A stretch of DNA of 62,722 nucleotides, the filler included, from Acidimicrobiia bacterium (GTDB lineage Bacteria; Actinomycetota; Acidimicrobiia; Spongiisociales; SHLN01), in assembly GCA_041619515.1 (NCBI GenBank). It is 5 parts of 5 records of this genome, joined end to end, with 100 filler letters (N's around TTAATTAATTAA, not from the genome) between each part and the next. Parts side by side here need not be neighbours in the genome. Positions count along the whole stretch, not along the records: positions 1 to 13,610 come from JBFKDW010000078.1; positions 13,711 to 27,092 come from JBFKDW010000079.1; 3 more parts are not named here. One strand, written 5' to 3'. Both the position numbers and the translations under genes were made by a program. Of this stretch, positions 8,891-17,533 are shown one piece after another; position 1 is the first letter of the stretch, and every line of letters starts with the position of its first letter. Under the pieces are notes generated by a model. The model saw only the letters and a program-made list of their open reading frames with translations, did not search any database and was not told the origin of the DNA.

Positions 8891-9881
8891 GAGCTGCAAT
8901 CCATCGGTCGATCTCCTCCCAGCGGTCGTACAACCAGTCGATCCTGGCCTCGGGACCGAAGGGTATGTCATGGTGGGCGAATCGCTCAAACCTCACCCGT
9001 ACGGTGGCGCCCACCAGGCCCCCGCTCAGGATCTTCGAAATGTGACTGAATCCATCCAGTCCTGCGTGGGCGGCGATGACAACGTCGGCGGGCGGCTCGG
9101 CGTCGAGCAGGGCGAGCGGGCCACCCACCCGGGGAGGCAGCACCGAGGACCAGGCCGCGGCCCGGGCGTGACGGGCGGGGCTGGTGGATTGCAGGCGCTC
9201 GAGCACCCGGGCCCGACGCTCCTCGGTGAACCGGGTGCCTTCGGGGTAGATGAGCACGCCCTCGTCGGCCCCGAGCTGCGATCCCAGCGCGCCGACCGCG
9301 GCCGCCTCCTTGGCCGGGTCGGCAGCCGTCCGGTCGACGAAATGATTGGGAAGGCGGCTGCCGGCGATATCGAGGGCCGGGTCGGTGAGTAGCTCCCGCT
9401 TCAACACATATCGCAGCTTGATCCCGGTGGGAGCAGTGATGAGGACGCTCGGGAGGAGATTGTCGATGATGCTGGCATGGCGCATGAACACCATCACCGG
9501 CCCGGGGCTGAGCGCGTCGGTCCCGTGCACTTCCAGCCTCAGCCGGAACAGGCTGCGGATCGTCCGAAACAGCAGGCCGTTCCACCACCGCTGGATGGCA
9601 TACGTGCCGCCGAGAAGCAGACCGCGCATCCGGCCACCCAGGGAGACCAGCCAGAGTGCCCCCAGCCCGAGAACGCCGACACACTCGGCGGCCAGGTACA
9701 CCCAGCCGACGAGCGTGAGTCGCACCGCTACAAAGCGCCCCCGGCCGGTGACGAAGCGAGCCGTGTCGAACAGGGCTGCCGCCGCCAAGACCAGCGGCAG
9801 CGCAACCGTTCCGGCCACGAAGGCAATTGCCAGGACGGTTATCGAACGGAGACGCCGGCGGACAGTCTGCTTTCGATCCAC
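8883..9881 (-). CDS. PlsC-family (lysophospholipid) acyltransferase
   Basis: HASIID (HxxxxD) and YPEGTRF motifs; N-terminal hydrophobic segments. Confidence 0.88.
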   Translation of the reverse strand: MDRKQTVRRRLRSITVLAIAFVAGTVALPLVLAAAALFDTARFVTGRGRFVAVRLTLVGWVYLAAECVGVLGLGALWLVSLGGRMRGLLLGGTYAIQRWWNGLLFRTIRSLFRLRLEVHGTDALSPGPVMVFMRHASIIDNLLPSVLITAPTGIKLRYVLKRELLTDPALDIAGSRLPNHFVDRTAADPAKEAAAVGALGSQLGADEGVLIYPEGTRFTEERRARVLERLQSTSPARHARAAAWSSVLPPRVGGPLALLDAEPPADVVIAAHAGLDGFSHISKILSGGLVGATVRVRFERFAHHDIPFGPEARIDWLYDRWEEIDRWIAAHE

Positions 9882-9905
9882 GGGTGTTTGGTAGCAGGGC
9901 GAGGC

Positions 9906-10685
9906 TCAGGCCGCCAGCCAGGCGACGACGGGATCGTTCTGAGACGACTCCACCCCCCCGACCACTTCTTCGGTGATCGCGAAGCCCTCAAAGCCTTCCG
10001 GGTCGATGTGGAACGGAACCACGCCCGGATCTGAGCCCAAAACGCCTGCTGAGATCACTTTGCCGTCGACGATCGCCCACAACTGGTAGGTCCGCTCGGG
10101 CGGAAGGGGCGTGAGGGTGTGCTCGGCAAGGTAACCGGTCCCGTCGGGCATGAGCACGATGATGGCGTTCGACCCGTTCTGGGACCCGAGCATCACCTGC
10201 TGGGTGGCCGGGTTTCGCTTCGCCTGCAGCAGGGCGGTGTCGAGGCCGGGACGCTCGACCTGCTCGCTGAGCGCAGCAACGGCCTGCCGCTCGGCGGTGA
10301 GGTCATCGCGGATGTTGCCGAGGCGAACCGATTGCACGACGAGCGCCGAGGCAAGAAGCACAAACGCAGCCGCAGCCGCCGGCGCCAGCCATCGGCGGCG
10401 CCACACGGGGAGCGCAACAAGCGTGGACGCACCGGAACGTCCGGCGGCGGCCGCTCCGCCGGCCCCCTCAGCTGGATCGATCTCACGTGAGATGGTGTCC
10501 CACAGGTCGTCGGGGGCAGATGCCAGATCGGCGGGGAGGAGGCTCGCCACCTGGAGGTGCTCGTCGAGCTCGGTCCGGCACTCGGCGCACTCGCGGGAGT
10601 GCGCCTCGACCAGGGCCCCCTCGTTGGCTTCGACTGCGTTCAGAGCGTATGCCCCGAGCAGGCTTTGTATCGCTTCGTGATCCAC
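9906..10685 (-). CDS. rskA: Anti-sigma factor, RskA-like with zf-HC2
   Basis: LLGAYAL, HxxxCxxC (HSRECAEC), one TM helix, C-terminal TYQLW...SAGV...FAITEE. Directly downstream of an ECF sigma. Confidence 0.85.
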   Translation of the reverse strand: MDHEAIQSLLGAYALNAVEANEGALVEAHSRECAECRTELDEHLQVASLLPADLASAPDDLWDTISREIDPAEGAGGAAAAGRSGASTLVALPVWRRRWLAPAAAAAFVLLASALVVQSVRLGNIRDDLTAERQAVAALSEQVERPGLDTALLQAKRNPATQQVMLGSQNGSNAIIVLMPDGTGYLAEHTLTPLPPERTYQLWAIVDGKVISAGVLGSDPGVVPFHIDPEGFEGFAITEEVVGGVESSQNDPVVAWLAA

Positions 10686-10726
10686 TTCGACTCTCGGTTC
10701 TCGCCGCAGCCGAACCGAGTGCGGTA

Positions 10727-11302
10727 TCAGCCGACGGGCGCCAGGCCCGATTTCACCAGCAGGCCGTTGAGGCGCTGCAGGCCGGACCGGATCCGGCTCT
10801 TTACTGTTCCTTCTGGCGTCTCGAGCAGCTCGGCCACCTGGCGGTAGGTGTAGCCCCCGAAGTAGGCGAGTTCGATGGCCTTGCGTTCCGGATCGTCCAG
10901 TTCGCTCAGCGCGTTCCGAACATGGTCGGCAAGCGCCATCTCCCACACTTCTTCTTCGAGGCTCAGACCTGCCTGGATTGCAAGCTTGGCTTCGCGCTCT
11001 TCCCGTATACGGCGCGCCGACTCCGACCGGATGAGATCGACGCTCCGGCCGTGGGTGTGAGACAGGAGATAGGAGCGGAGAGATCCGCGAGTGGGGTCGA
11101 ACTTCTCCGGATTGTTCCACAACCTGAGCATCACTTCTTGCACGATCTCCTCGGCCAGGTCCGGATCGCGGAGCAATCGCTTGGCGAGACCGAACACCGG
11201 CCCACTGTGGCGCCGGTAGACCTCGGCGAGGGCTCCCTGATGGCGACCTCCGACCAGCTCAACGAGCTCGGCGTCGGCGTGACGATTGAGCGGCGTTTCC
11301 AT
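10727..11302 (-). CDS. sigK: ECF RNA polymerase sigma factor, SigK-like
   Basis: AEEIVQEV...W...FDPTRGS, IELAYFGGYTYRQVAELLETPEGTVKSRIR; paired with an RskA-like gene. Confidence 0.82.
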   Translation of the reverse strand: METPLNRHADAELVELVGGRHQGALAEVYRRHSGPVFGLAKRLLRDPDLAEEIVQEVMLRLWNNPEKFDPTRGSLRSYLLSHTHGRSVDLIRSESARRIREEREAKLAIQAGLSLEEEVWEMALADHVRNALSELDDPERKAIELAYFGGYTYRQVAELLETPEGTVKSRIRSGLQRLNGLLVKSGLAPVG

Positions 11303-11321
11303 ACAAAGCCCCCTTGATGGC

Positions 11322-11374
11322 TTTAGCACTAATTTGCTATCACTATTTTTAGCACTAATAACAAGAGACGTCAA
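11322..11374 (-). promoter_or_regulatory. AT-rich sigK promoter region with three TA(G/T)CACTA direct repeats
   Basis: Repeats at 11324-11331, 11338-11345 and 11350-11357; candidate -35 TTGACG (minus strand, 11369-11374). Confidence 0.6.
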
Positions 11375-11472
11375 ATCAAAGAGGTCGCTGGCCGACCGTG
11401 TGAGAGCGCTCAACCGCCCCACGAGAAACCGGGCGTGCCGCACGCCGGCCCCGGGAACCGGCGGTGGGGTGC

Positions 11473-12285
11473 CTAGAGCCCCGCCGCCAGTACGAGATCG
11501 ACGGCTCCGGCGGCGGACCCGGCCCAGCCGTCTGCCCCGAGGCGCTCGGCATGGTCGCCGTCGCGAACCGACGCCCCTCCCAAGAACACGGGCACGTCGG
11601 GAACGGCGGCCTTGACCGACTTGACGACCCGGCGGAGGAAGCGATCGGCTTCGGAGCGGGTGGAGCTGACGCACACCGCTCGTAGGCGATCGATCGACGT
11701 GACTATTTCGGCCAGTGAGTCGACCGGCACGTCAGCCCCCAGATCGATGACATCGAAACCGGCGCCGCGGAGAAAATCCGAGACCATGAGCGAGGGGATG
11801 ATGTGACGCTCCCCGGGAGGCGTCGTTACCACCACAGCCCCCTTCGAGCGGCCCTTTCGGGCGAACCGGGGCCCCATCCGCCCGATCAGGCGCAGCGCCA
11901 CTGAGGTCGCCAGGTGCTCCTGGGCGATAGAAACGTCGCCGTCGTGCCAGCGCTCCCCCACCGATTTCAGGGCGGGGCCGAGGAGATCGGTGTAGATCTC
12001 CTGTGGCGAGGTGCCCGAGGCGAGCGCACCCTCCACAACACCCCACGCCCCGGGTTCGTCGCCTTCGAGCAGGCGGGCCTCCAGACGCGTCGTCCAGTCG
12101 GCAGACCGTTTCGGGCGCACGGATCGGTCGTGTCCCCGCCGCAGACCCTCGAGATCGGCCGACTCGACCTCCCACGTGCCGCCAACCTTGGTGGCGGGTA
12201 GCCGCCCGAGCCGCACATAGCGGTACACGGTCATGTAGTGGACGCCGAGCTGATCGGCCGCTTCCTGGAGAGTCACCGTGGCCAC
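11473..12285 (-). CDS. B12-binding transcriptional regulator (excisionase/BldC-type HTH plus cobalamin-binding domain; CarH/LitR-like)
   Basis: N-terminal HTH_17-like TLQEAADQLGVHYMTVYRYVRLGRLPA; W-x9-EH (WHDGDVSIAQEH); ExH (ERHIIP); DLGADVP Rossmann B12 domain. Confidence 0.9.
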   Translation of the reverse strand: MATVTLQEAADQLGVHYMTVYRYVRLGRLPATKVGGTWEVESADLEGLRRGHDRSVRPKRSADWTTRLEARLLEGDEPGAWGVVEGALASGTSPQEIYTDLLGPALKSVGERWHDGDVSIAQEHLATSVALRLIGRMGPRFARKGRSKGAVVVTTPPGERHIIPSLMVSDFLRGAGFDVIDLGADVPVDSLAEIVTSIDRLRAVCVSSTRSEADRFLRRVVKSVKAAVPDVPVFLGGASVRDGDHAERLGADGWAGSAAGAVDLVLAAGL

Positions 12286-12291
12286 GCCCTC

Positions 12292-12322
12292 ACATTACTC
12301 AACACCGTTTCATTTATCACTA
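12292..12322 (-). promoter_or_regulatory. Probable leaderless promoter of the B12 regulator, with a TATCACTA box over the -35
   Basis: -10 TAATGT (12292-12297) 6 nt before the GTG start; 17-bp spacer; -35 position (12315-12320) lies inside TATCACTA (12315-12322). Confidence 0.55.
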
Positions 12323-12342
12323 AAGGTAACATCCAGGGCCTC

Positions 12343-12653
12343 ATGATCCTGGTTGCCCACGTGGAGCTGAGGGGCCGGGGTCCCGGCGTCTTCTTCAGCC
12401 TGCGGGACCCGGACCCGGCACCGTCGTCTACGTGGATTTCGAGGACGGCGCACGGAGGCCCGCCTCGCGCAGGCGGGCGCCACCTACGACAAGGCAGATC
12501 TGCCGACCGAACGCTATCTTCAGGCGACACGGACCGCCCGTGCTCACCATCGTCACCTGGGGAGGCGATTTCGATCGCTCGCCGGGACGCTACGACGCCA
12601 ACGTTGTGGTGGACGCGGTCCCGCTCGCAGCCGGGCCACGAACCGCCGTTTGA
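12343..12653 (+). pseudogene. Class F sortase, frameshifted and N-terminally truncated
   Basis: Segments in different frames: ILVAHVELRGRGPGVFFSLRD / GTVVYVDFEDG / TYDKADLP / IFRRHGPPVLTIVTWGGDFDRSPGRYDANVVVDAVP. This is the sortase F pattern (GHVD...LITCGG.FD...Y..NVVV) with the catalytic Cys changed to Trp. Confidence 0.75.
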
Positions 12654-12665
12654 AAGGAAGAATCC

Positions 12666-13094
12666 ATGCCCAGGGTCAGCAAGACAGTCACGCTTCCCAG
12701 GAAACCCGGTGAGGTCTTCGACTACCTCGCCAACTTCGAGAACACCGCCGAGTGGGATCCCGGCGTCGCCAAGGCCACCAAGACCAGCGACGGACCGGTC
12801 GGCCTCGGCAGCACGTTCGACCTCGTCGCCAACTTCCGAGGGCGCCAGATCCCGGTGACCTACGAGGTGACGGTGTACGAGCCAGATTCGCGGGTGGTCC
12901 TCGTCGGCCGGAACAAGCAATTCACAGGAACCGACGACATCGGGGTCTCTCCCGACGGCGACGGCACCCGCGTGTCCTGGAACGCCGACTTCCAGATGGA
13001 GGGCTTCGCCAAGCTCTTCCAGCCGTTCCTGGGTGGTGTGTTCGAGAAGATAAGCGCCGAAGCCATGGAGGGCCTGGAAGCAACCCTCGGCTAG
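12666..13094 (+). CDS. SRPBCC / polyketide cyclase-like ligand-binding protein
   Basis: VFDYLANFENTAEWDPGV...GPVGLGSTF; SD-like GAAAGGAAG upstream. Confidence 0.88.
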   Translation: MPRVSKTVTLPRKPGEVFDYLANFENTAEWDPGVAKATKTSDGPVGLGSTFDLVANFRGRQIPVTYEVTVYEPDSRVVLVGRNKQFTGTDDIGVSPDGDGTRVSWNADFQMEGFAKLFQPFLGGVFEKISAEAMEGLEATLG

Positions 13095-13170
13095 CGCCCG
13101 CAGCCCTCCGGCTCCGCAGGATCGACCGGGGTGCCCGCCGTTTCGCGGCCCGGACCAGGTCGAGAGACAC

Positions 13171-13196
13171 CCATCCAAAGCGGCGTTCGCACCGAA
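13171..13196 (+). promoter_or_regulatory. SigK-type promoter CCATCC-N15-CCGAA
   Basis: CCATCC 13171-13176, 15 nt, CCGAA 13192-13196. Matches the mycobacterial SigK consensus as recalled; a SigK homologue lies 2 kb away. Confidence 0.7.
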
Positions 13197-13220
13197 TACC
13201 AGGTGTCGGAAGGAGGATGG

Positions 13221-13418
13221 ATGTCTACCACTCTCAGCGCCAGCCGCCCGACGGGTCGGAAGCGCAAGCTCAAAACCTATGGGGACCGCAGGGTATGCAG
13301 CGAGGAAGGCTGCTCGACCCGGCTCTCCAAGTACAACCAGAACACCGAGTGCCACACCCATGCGCCCCGTCGATTCCCGCGTACCCGCGGCGTCGTCGGG
13401 GACACCGCCACCGGTTGA
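13221..13418 (+). CDS. Small basic Cys/His (C-x4-C-x12-C-x2-H) hypothetical protein, paralog 1
   Basis: AGGAGG SD at 13211-13216; 65 aa; clear paralog at 14631-14822. Confidence 0.8.
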   Translation: MSTTLSASRPTGRKRKLKTYGDRRVCSEEGCSTRLSKYNQNTECHTHAPRRFPRTRGVVGDTATG

Positions 13419-13610
13419 CTGGGCGCCCCGGACGGGCGCTGAGGTAGGGCGCTTCTCCTGCCAAGATTGGGCTCCGCCACGTGGTGCATATCCAATGAGC
13501 TCAACCCGGCCGAAACCGTCCTCTTCTCTCGCCACCGTCACTGAGGCGGTCGTCGGCGGCGTTGCTCTCGGTCTCTTCGCCGCTTTGGCGGACAAGTCGA
13601 TAGTGACGAC

Positions 13611-13710
13611 NNNNNNNNNNNNNNNNNNNNNNNNNNNNNNNNNNNNNNNNNNNNTTAATTAATTAANNNNNNNNNNNNNNNNNNNNNNNNNNNNNNNNNN
13701 NNNNNNNNNN
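13611..13710. other. Artificial contig linker (N44-TTAATTAATTAA-N44)
   Basis: Six-frame stop spacer flanked by Ns; identical at four places. Confidence 0.99.
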
Positions 13711-13771
13711 GCGGCTGCTTCTGCGTGTCACGGGCGCCGAGTACCCTGGTGGGCCCCGAGGAAAGATCGCA

Positions 13772-14338
13772 ATGGCCGATCAGGCCAACTTCGAGAAGGA
13801 CGCGATGGAGTTCGCCCCGCAGCTGTATTCGGCTGCGCTGCGGATGACGCGCAATCCTGCCGACGCCGAGGACGTCGTGCAAGAGACCTTCCTCAAGGCC
13901 TATCGCGGGTACCACACCTTTCAGGAGGGCACCAACCTGAAGGCCTGGCTCTATCGGATTCTCACCAACACCTACATCAACCGGTACCGGAAGAAGACCC
14001 GCCGGCCACAGGAGGTCGAGCTGGGTGAGCTGGAGGATCTGTATCTGTTCAAGCGGCTCAACGAGAGCGGGAGCACCGGCGGTGCCAGCCGCAGCGCCGA
14101 GGAGGAAGTCCTGGAGCGGTTCGGTGATTCGGACGTCCGGGAAGCGGTCGAATCGCTCCCGGAACACTTTCGGCTGCCTGTCTTACTCGCCGACGTCGAA
14201 GGCTTTTCCTACAAGGAAATCGCCGAGATCCTCGACGTTCCGATCGGAACCGTGATGTCGCGACTCCATCGGGGAAGAAAGGCGCTCCAAAAACGGTTGT
14301 TTGAATTTGCAAAGGAACACGGAATCGTAGGGCCTTGA
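13772..14338 (+). CDS. sigH: ECF sigma factor, SigH/SigR-type (thiol-oxidative stress)
   Basis: [28 protein letters not shown]...[21 protein letters not shown]; followed by a ZAS anti-sigma. Confidence 0.88.
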   Translation: MADQANFEKDAMEFAPQLYSAALRMTRNPADAEDVVQETFLKAYRGYHTFQEGTNLKAWLYRILTNTYINRYRKKTRRPQEVELGELEDLYLFKRLNESGSTGGASRSAEEEVLERFGDSDVREAVESLPEHFRLPVLLADVEGFSYKEIAEILDVPIGTVMSRLHRGRKALQKRLFEFAKEHGIVGP

Positions 14339-14339
14339 G

Positions 14340-14591
14340 ATGAATTGCGAGAAAGTCGTCACCGAGGTGTACTCGTTCCTCGACGGCGAGCTCACCGGCG
14401 TTCGCCGGTCGAAAATCGAATGGCACCTGCGGAAATGTCCGCCCTGTGCCGACTCGTTTCATTTCGAAGAACGTCTCATGTTCTTGGTAAAGCGTTCCTG
14501 TGCAGATGAAGAAGAAGTTCCTGCGGAACTTTTTGACCGCCTTCGAGCGTTAATACAACAAGAGACAACTGAGGGGGCTTCCGGCGAGTAA
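14340..14591 (+). CDS. rshA: Zinc anti-sigma factor, RshA/RsrA-type
   Basis: MNCEKV...FLDGEL...HLRKCPPC (HxxxCxxC); 83 aa, adjacent to sigH. Confidence 0.85.
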   Translation: MNCEKVVTEVYSFLDGELTGVRRSKIEWHLRKCPPCADSFHFEERLMFLVKRSCADEEEVPAELFDRLRALIQQETTEGASGE

Positions 14592-14630
14592 CTGCCGGGT
14601 TTGAGTTCCCCAGGGGGTCAAGCAACAACT

Positions 14631-14822
14631 ATGAGTGAATCAACCCTTAAGGGCAACCGCATTCGCGGCGGTGTACGCCCTTCCAGAACATATCAATCAG
14701 GCCGCGTATGTGCGGAAAAGGGATGCAGCACCCGGCTGTCGCAGTACAACCGGCGTGAGCACTGCTTCCAGCACGCACCGACGCGCTTTCCCCGCCTCCG
14801 GGGACGCATCGTCGCGGACTAA
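14631..14822 (+). CDS. Small basic Cys/His (C-x4-C-x12-C-x2-H) hypothetical protein, paralog 2
   Basis: RVCAEKGCSTRLSQYNRREHCFQHAPTRFPRLRG aligns without gaps to the 13221-13418 product. Confidence 0.8.
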   Translation: MSESTLKGNRIRGGVRPSRTYQSGRVCAEKGCSTRLSQYNRREHCFQHAPTRFPRLRGRIVAD

Positions 14823-14934
14823 CAACCACAGTGGGAGCACCCACCTCCCTCTCAGCGAGCAAAGGACGGCCATCGCACTCTTTCGAGGCGATGGTCGTTC
14901 TTCGCGCGCCCGTCGGCCCACTACTCTTCGGGGC

Positions 14935-15201
14935 GTGAAACGACCGATAGTCCTCGTGCTCGTGCTCGTGAGCCTCGCGCTCCCGGCCCAGGCGTTTGCG
15001 GCCGTGCCGTCCGTATCGCCGCAGCAGGTGCAGGACGAGCCTGCCGTCGTTATCGACGACTCCGAAGGGATACCCGAAGAAGAGGCCTGGACGTTTCGCT
15101 TTCTCGTCCCGACCCTGATGGTGCTCACGTTGGCGATGGTCGTGGGGCTGGCGGTGTGGTACCAACGGGGCATCGGGCGGTATCGGGTCCGCTCTGAATG
15201 A
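14935..15201 (+). CDS. Small membrane protein (signal peptide plus C-terminal TM)
   Basis: GTG start, hydrophobic signal ending AQAFA, C-terminal TM; ATGA overlap with the next gene. Confidence 0.6.
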   Translation: MKRPIVLVLVLVSLALPAQAFAAVPSVSPQQVQDEPAVVIDDSEGIPEEEAWTFRFLVPTLMVLTLAMVVGLAVWYQRGIGRYRVRSE

Positions 15202-16208
15202 TCGACTGGGAGCTGGCGGTGCGGGTGGCCTCGCGGTTCGCCGGCACTTACCCGCTGGAAGGCACCTATCACTCAGACCTGCTGGCCCGCGACGCTTCCG
15301 GGATCGTCGCTGAAGCAGCGCAGATGGTTGAGGCAGAAACCCGCCTGGCGTATGTCGGGGCGCCGGAGGTAGCCGTCGTCACCCGCCGCGAATGGGCAGA
15401 AACCAACGTCGCCGTGTTCACGAGGTTGCTCGCTCCCGCCGAAGCCGCCATCAAGAAGTCGAATCCTCTGGCGGCACGGCTGGTGGCAGTCGAGATGGGT
15501 GCCGTGCTCGGGTTTCTCGCTCGCAAGGTTCTCGGCCAGTACGAGCTGGTGCTGCCGGGTGACGACGAGAACGGCGACGTGGTGTATCTGGTCGGCGCCA
15601 ATGTGCTGTCCATGGAGCGAAGCAACCAATTCCGCCCGCACGAGTTTCGCCTGTGGATTGCTCTCCACGAGTGCGCCCACCGGCTCCAATTCGTCGGCGT
15701 ACCCTGGCTGCGGGCCTACTTCCTCGACCTGGTCGGCGAGCTGGTGGCATCGGCGGTCCCCGAGCCCGGCCGGTGGGCGAGGGTGATGGCCGACGTGCGG
15801 AGGGCGAGTGAGGAGGGAGAGCCGCTCATCGGAGAGACCGGTCTCTTCGGGCTGTTCGCCACTTCCTCACAGAAGGACCTGCTGGAGCGGGTGCAAGCAC
15901 TCATGTCCCTCCTGGAAGGCCATGGGCACGTCGTCATGGACCGCATCGGCAGTCGGGAATTGAATACCCAGCAGCGGATGTCGTCGGTGCTGAAGCAGCG
16001 CCGCAAGGATCCCCGGACCGCCACCTTTCTCCGCCTCAGCGGGCTCGAAATGAAGATGCGCCAGTACGAGCAGGGGGAGCGCTTCGTCCTGGCAATCGAA
16101 CGGGAAGCGGGCTGGGAGACCCTCGACCGCGTGTGGCGGGGGCCCGAGTCGCTTCCGACGCTGGCCGAGATCAACGAGCCGGGTCTGTGGCTGCGGCGAG
16201 TGGCCTAG
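15198..16208 (+). CDS. Zinc-dependent metalloprotease (zincin, DUF2342-type)
   Basis: HECAH (HExxH), MSLLEGH; usual position upstream of tilS in actinobacteria. Confidence 0.88.
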   Translation: MIDWELAVRVASRFAGTYPLEGTYHSDLLARDASGIVAEAAQMVEAETRLAYVGAPEVAVVTRREWAETNVAVFTRLLAPAEAAIKKSNPLAARLVAVEMGAVLGFLARKVLGQYELVLPGDDENGDVVYLVGANVLSMERSNQFRPHEFRLWIALHECAHRLQFVGVPWLRAYFLDLVGELVASAVPEPGRWARVMADVRRASEEGEPLIGETGLFGLFATSSQKDLLERVQALMSLLEGHGHVVMDRIGSRELNTQQRMSSVLKQRRKDPRTATFLRLSGLEMKMRQYEQGERFVLAIEREAGWETLDRVWRGPESLPTLAEINEPGLWLRRVA

Positions 16209-17533
16209 GGCCGCTCGCCGAATCGGTGCGGTCGAAGGCCGTGTTTCCTCCCGGGCCGCTCCTCGTGGCCCTTTCCGGGGGAGCGGACAGCGCGGTGCTC
16301 GCGTGGGCGGCGTCGCAACAGTCGGAGCCGGTACGGGCCGTGTTCGCCGACCACGGCCTGCCCGCGTCCGGCCAACTGAGACAGGCGGCGGCCGCCGTCG
16401 CCGACGCGCTCGAGTTGCCGTTCGATGCGGTGGAGGCGCCCGTGCGCCATGACGCGCCATCGTTCGAGGACGCAGCTCGGGTGGCCCGCTACTCGGCGCT
16501 GGAAACCAGCGCCAAGCCGGACGAGACCATCCTCACCGGCCATACCGCCGACGATCAGGCCGAAACCGTGCTCGGCCATTTTCTGCGGGGAGCCGGGGCG
16601 GCCGGCTTGGCGGGAATCCCAGCCCGGCGGGGACGCCTCGCCCGCCCTCTGCTGGCGGTTACCCGTGCCGAGACTCGTTCGCTCGCCGCCGCCTTGGCGT
16701 TGCCGTTTATCGACGACCCCGACAACGAATCCGAGCGGATGGGTCGCAATCGGTTGCGGTCCGAGCTCATCCCCTTTCTCGAACGCGAGTACAACCCACA
16801 GCTGCGTTCCGTGCTCAACCGGACTGCTTCGGCCTTGCGCGCCGACGACGCCGCCCTCGAAGCACTTGCCGCCCGCATCCCGATGGGAACCGACGGCGAG
16901 GTGTTCACACTTCCGGCCGCGGCGCTGGCTGTGGTGCCGGAGGCGGTGGCTGCACGGGCCGTACGGCGCACGCTGCGCCAGGTGGGTGGCCCCCATGCCG
17001 GATCCCACCGTGACGTCTCCGACGTGCTCGAGGTGGCGGCCGGTCACAAGGCGGGCGCCCAGCTCACGGGTGCGGTGCGGGTGGAGCGGGAGGGCCCCAT
17101 GGTCGTGCTCAGCACTGCCGAGCGTCCACCGGTGGATGCGATCACCCTGAGGATCCCCGCCGAGGTCGCGTTCGATCGATGGCGGTTGACCCTTTCGATC
17201 ACGGACCGGTGGCCCGGCCCCCCGATGATGGGAGCCCGCGCGTTCACTCTCGACGCCGGCGCCGTCACCACCGAGCTCGTTGCGCGCCCGGCCGGGAACG
17301 ACGACCGGATCGATATCGGTACGGGCTCAAAGCCCGTGCGTGACGCGTTGGCCGAGGCGGGAGTTCCCCGGCGTTTGCGCAGGAGATGGCCGGTGATCGA
17401 GTCGGACAACCGGGTGGCGCTCATCCCCGGCGTGCGGGCGGCCGCCTGGGCCTGGCCGGGACCCACCACGGTGTACTACCTTGTGGCGCGCATCGACACA
17501 ACGGGCACCAGCCCGCCCGGGGAAGGGACCTGA
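16187..17533 (+). CDS. tilS: tRNA(Ile)-lysidine synthetase (start uncertain)
   Basis: SGGADS PP-loop, GHTADDQAET, RNRLR; upstream of hpt-ftsH. Confidence 0.93.
   Translation: MAAASGLGPLAESVRSKAVFPPGPLLVALSGGADSAVLAWAASQQSEPVRAVFADHGLPASGQLRQAAAAVADALELPFDAVEAPVRHDAPSFEDAARVARYSALETSAKPDETILTGHTADDQAETVLGHFLRGAGAAGLAGIPARRGRLARPLLAVTRAETRSLAAALALPFIDDPDNESERMGRNRLRSELIPFLEREYNPQLRSVLNRTASALRADDAALEALAARIPMGTDGEVFTLPAAALAVVPEAVAARAVRRTLRQVGGPHAGSHRDVSDVLEVAAGHKAGAQLTGAVRVEREGPMVVLSTAERPPVDAITLRIPAEVAFDRWRLTLSITDRWPGPPMMGARAFTLDAGAVTTELVARPAGNDDRIDIGTGSKPVRDALAEAGVPRRLRRRWPVIESDNRVALIPGVRAAAWAWPGPTTVYYLVARIDTTGTSPPGEGT

Noticed and set aside
11322..11359. TTAGCACT as a CIRCE/HrcA operator
   Set aside because: Copies are direct; the inverted GAGTGCTAA half at N9 spacing is missing, and no chaperone genes are adjacent.
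13430..13610. Possible gene fragment at the end of contig 1
   Set aside because: No recognisable motif in any frame.
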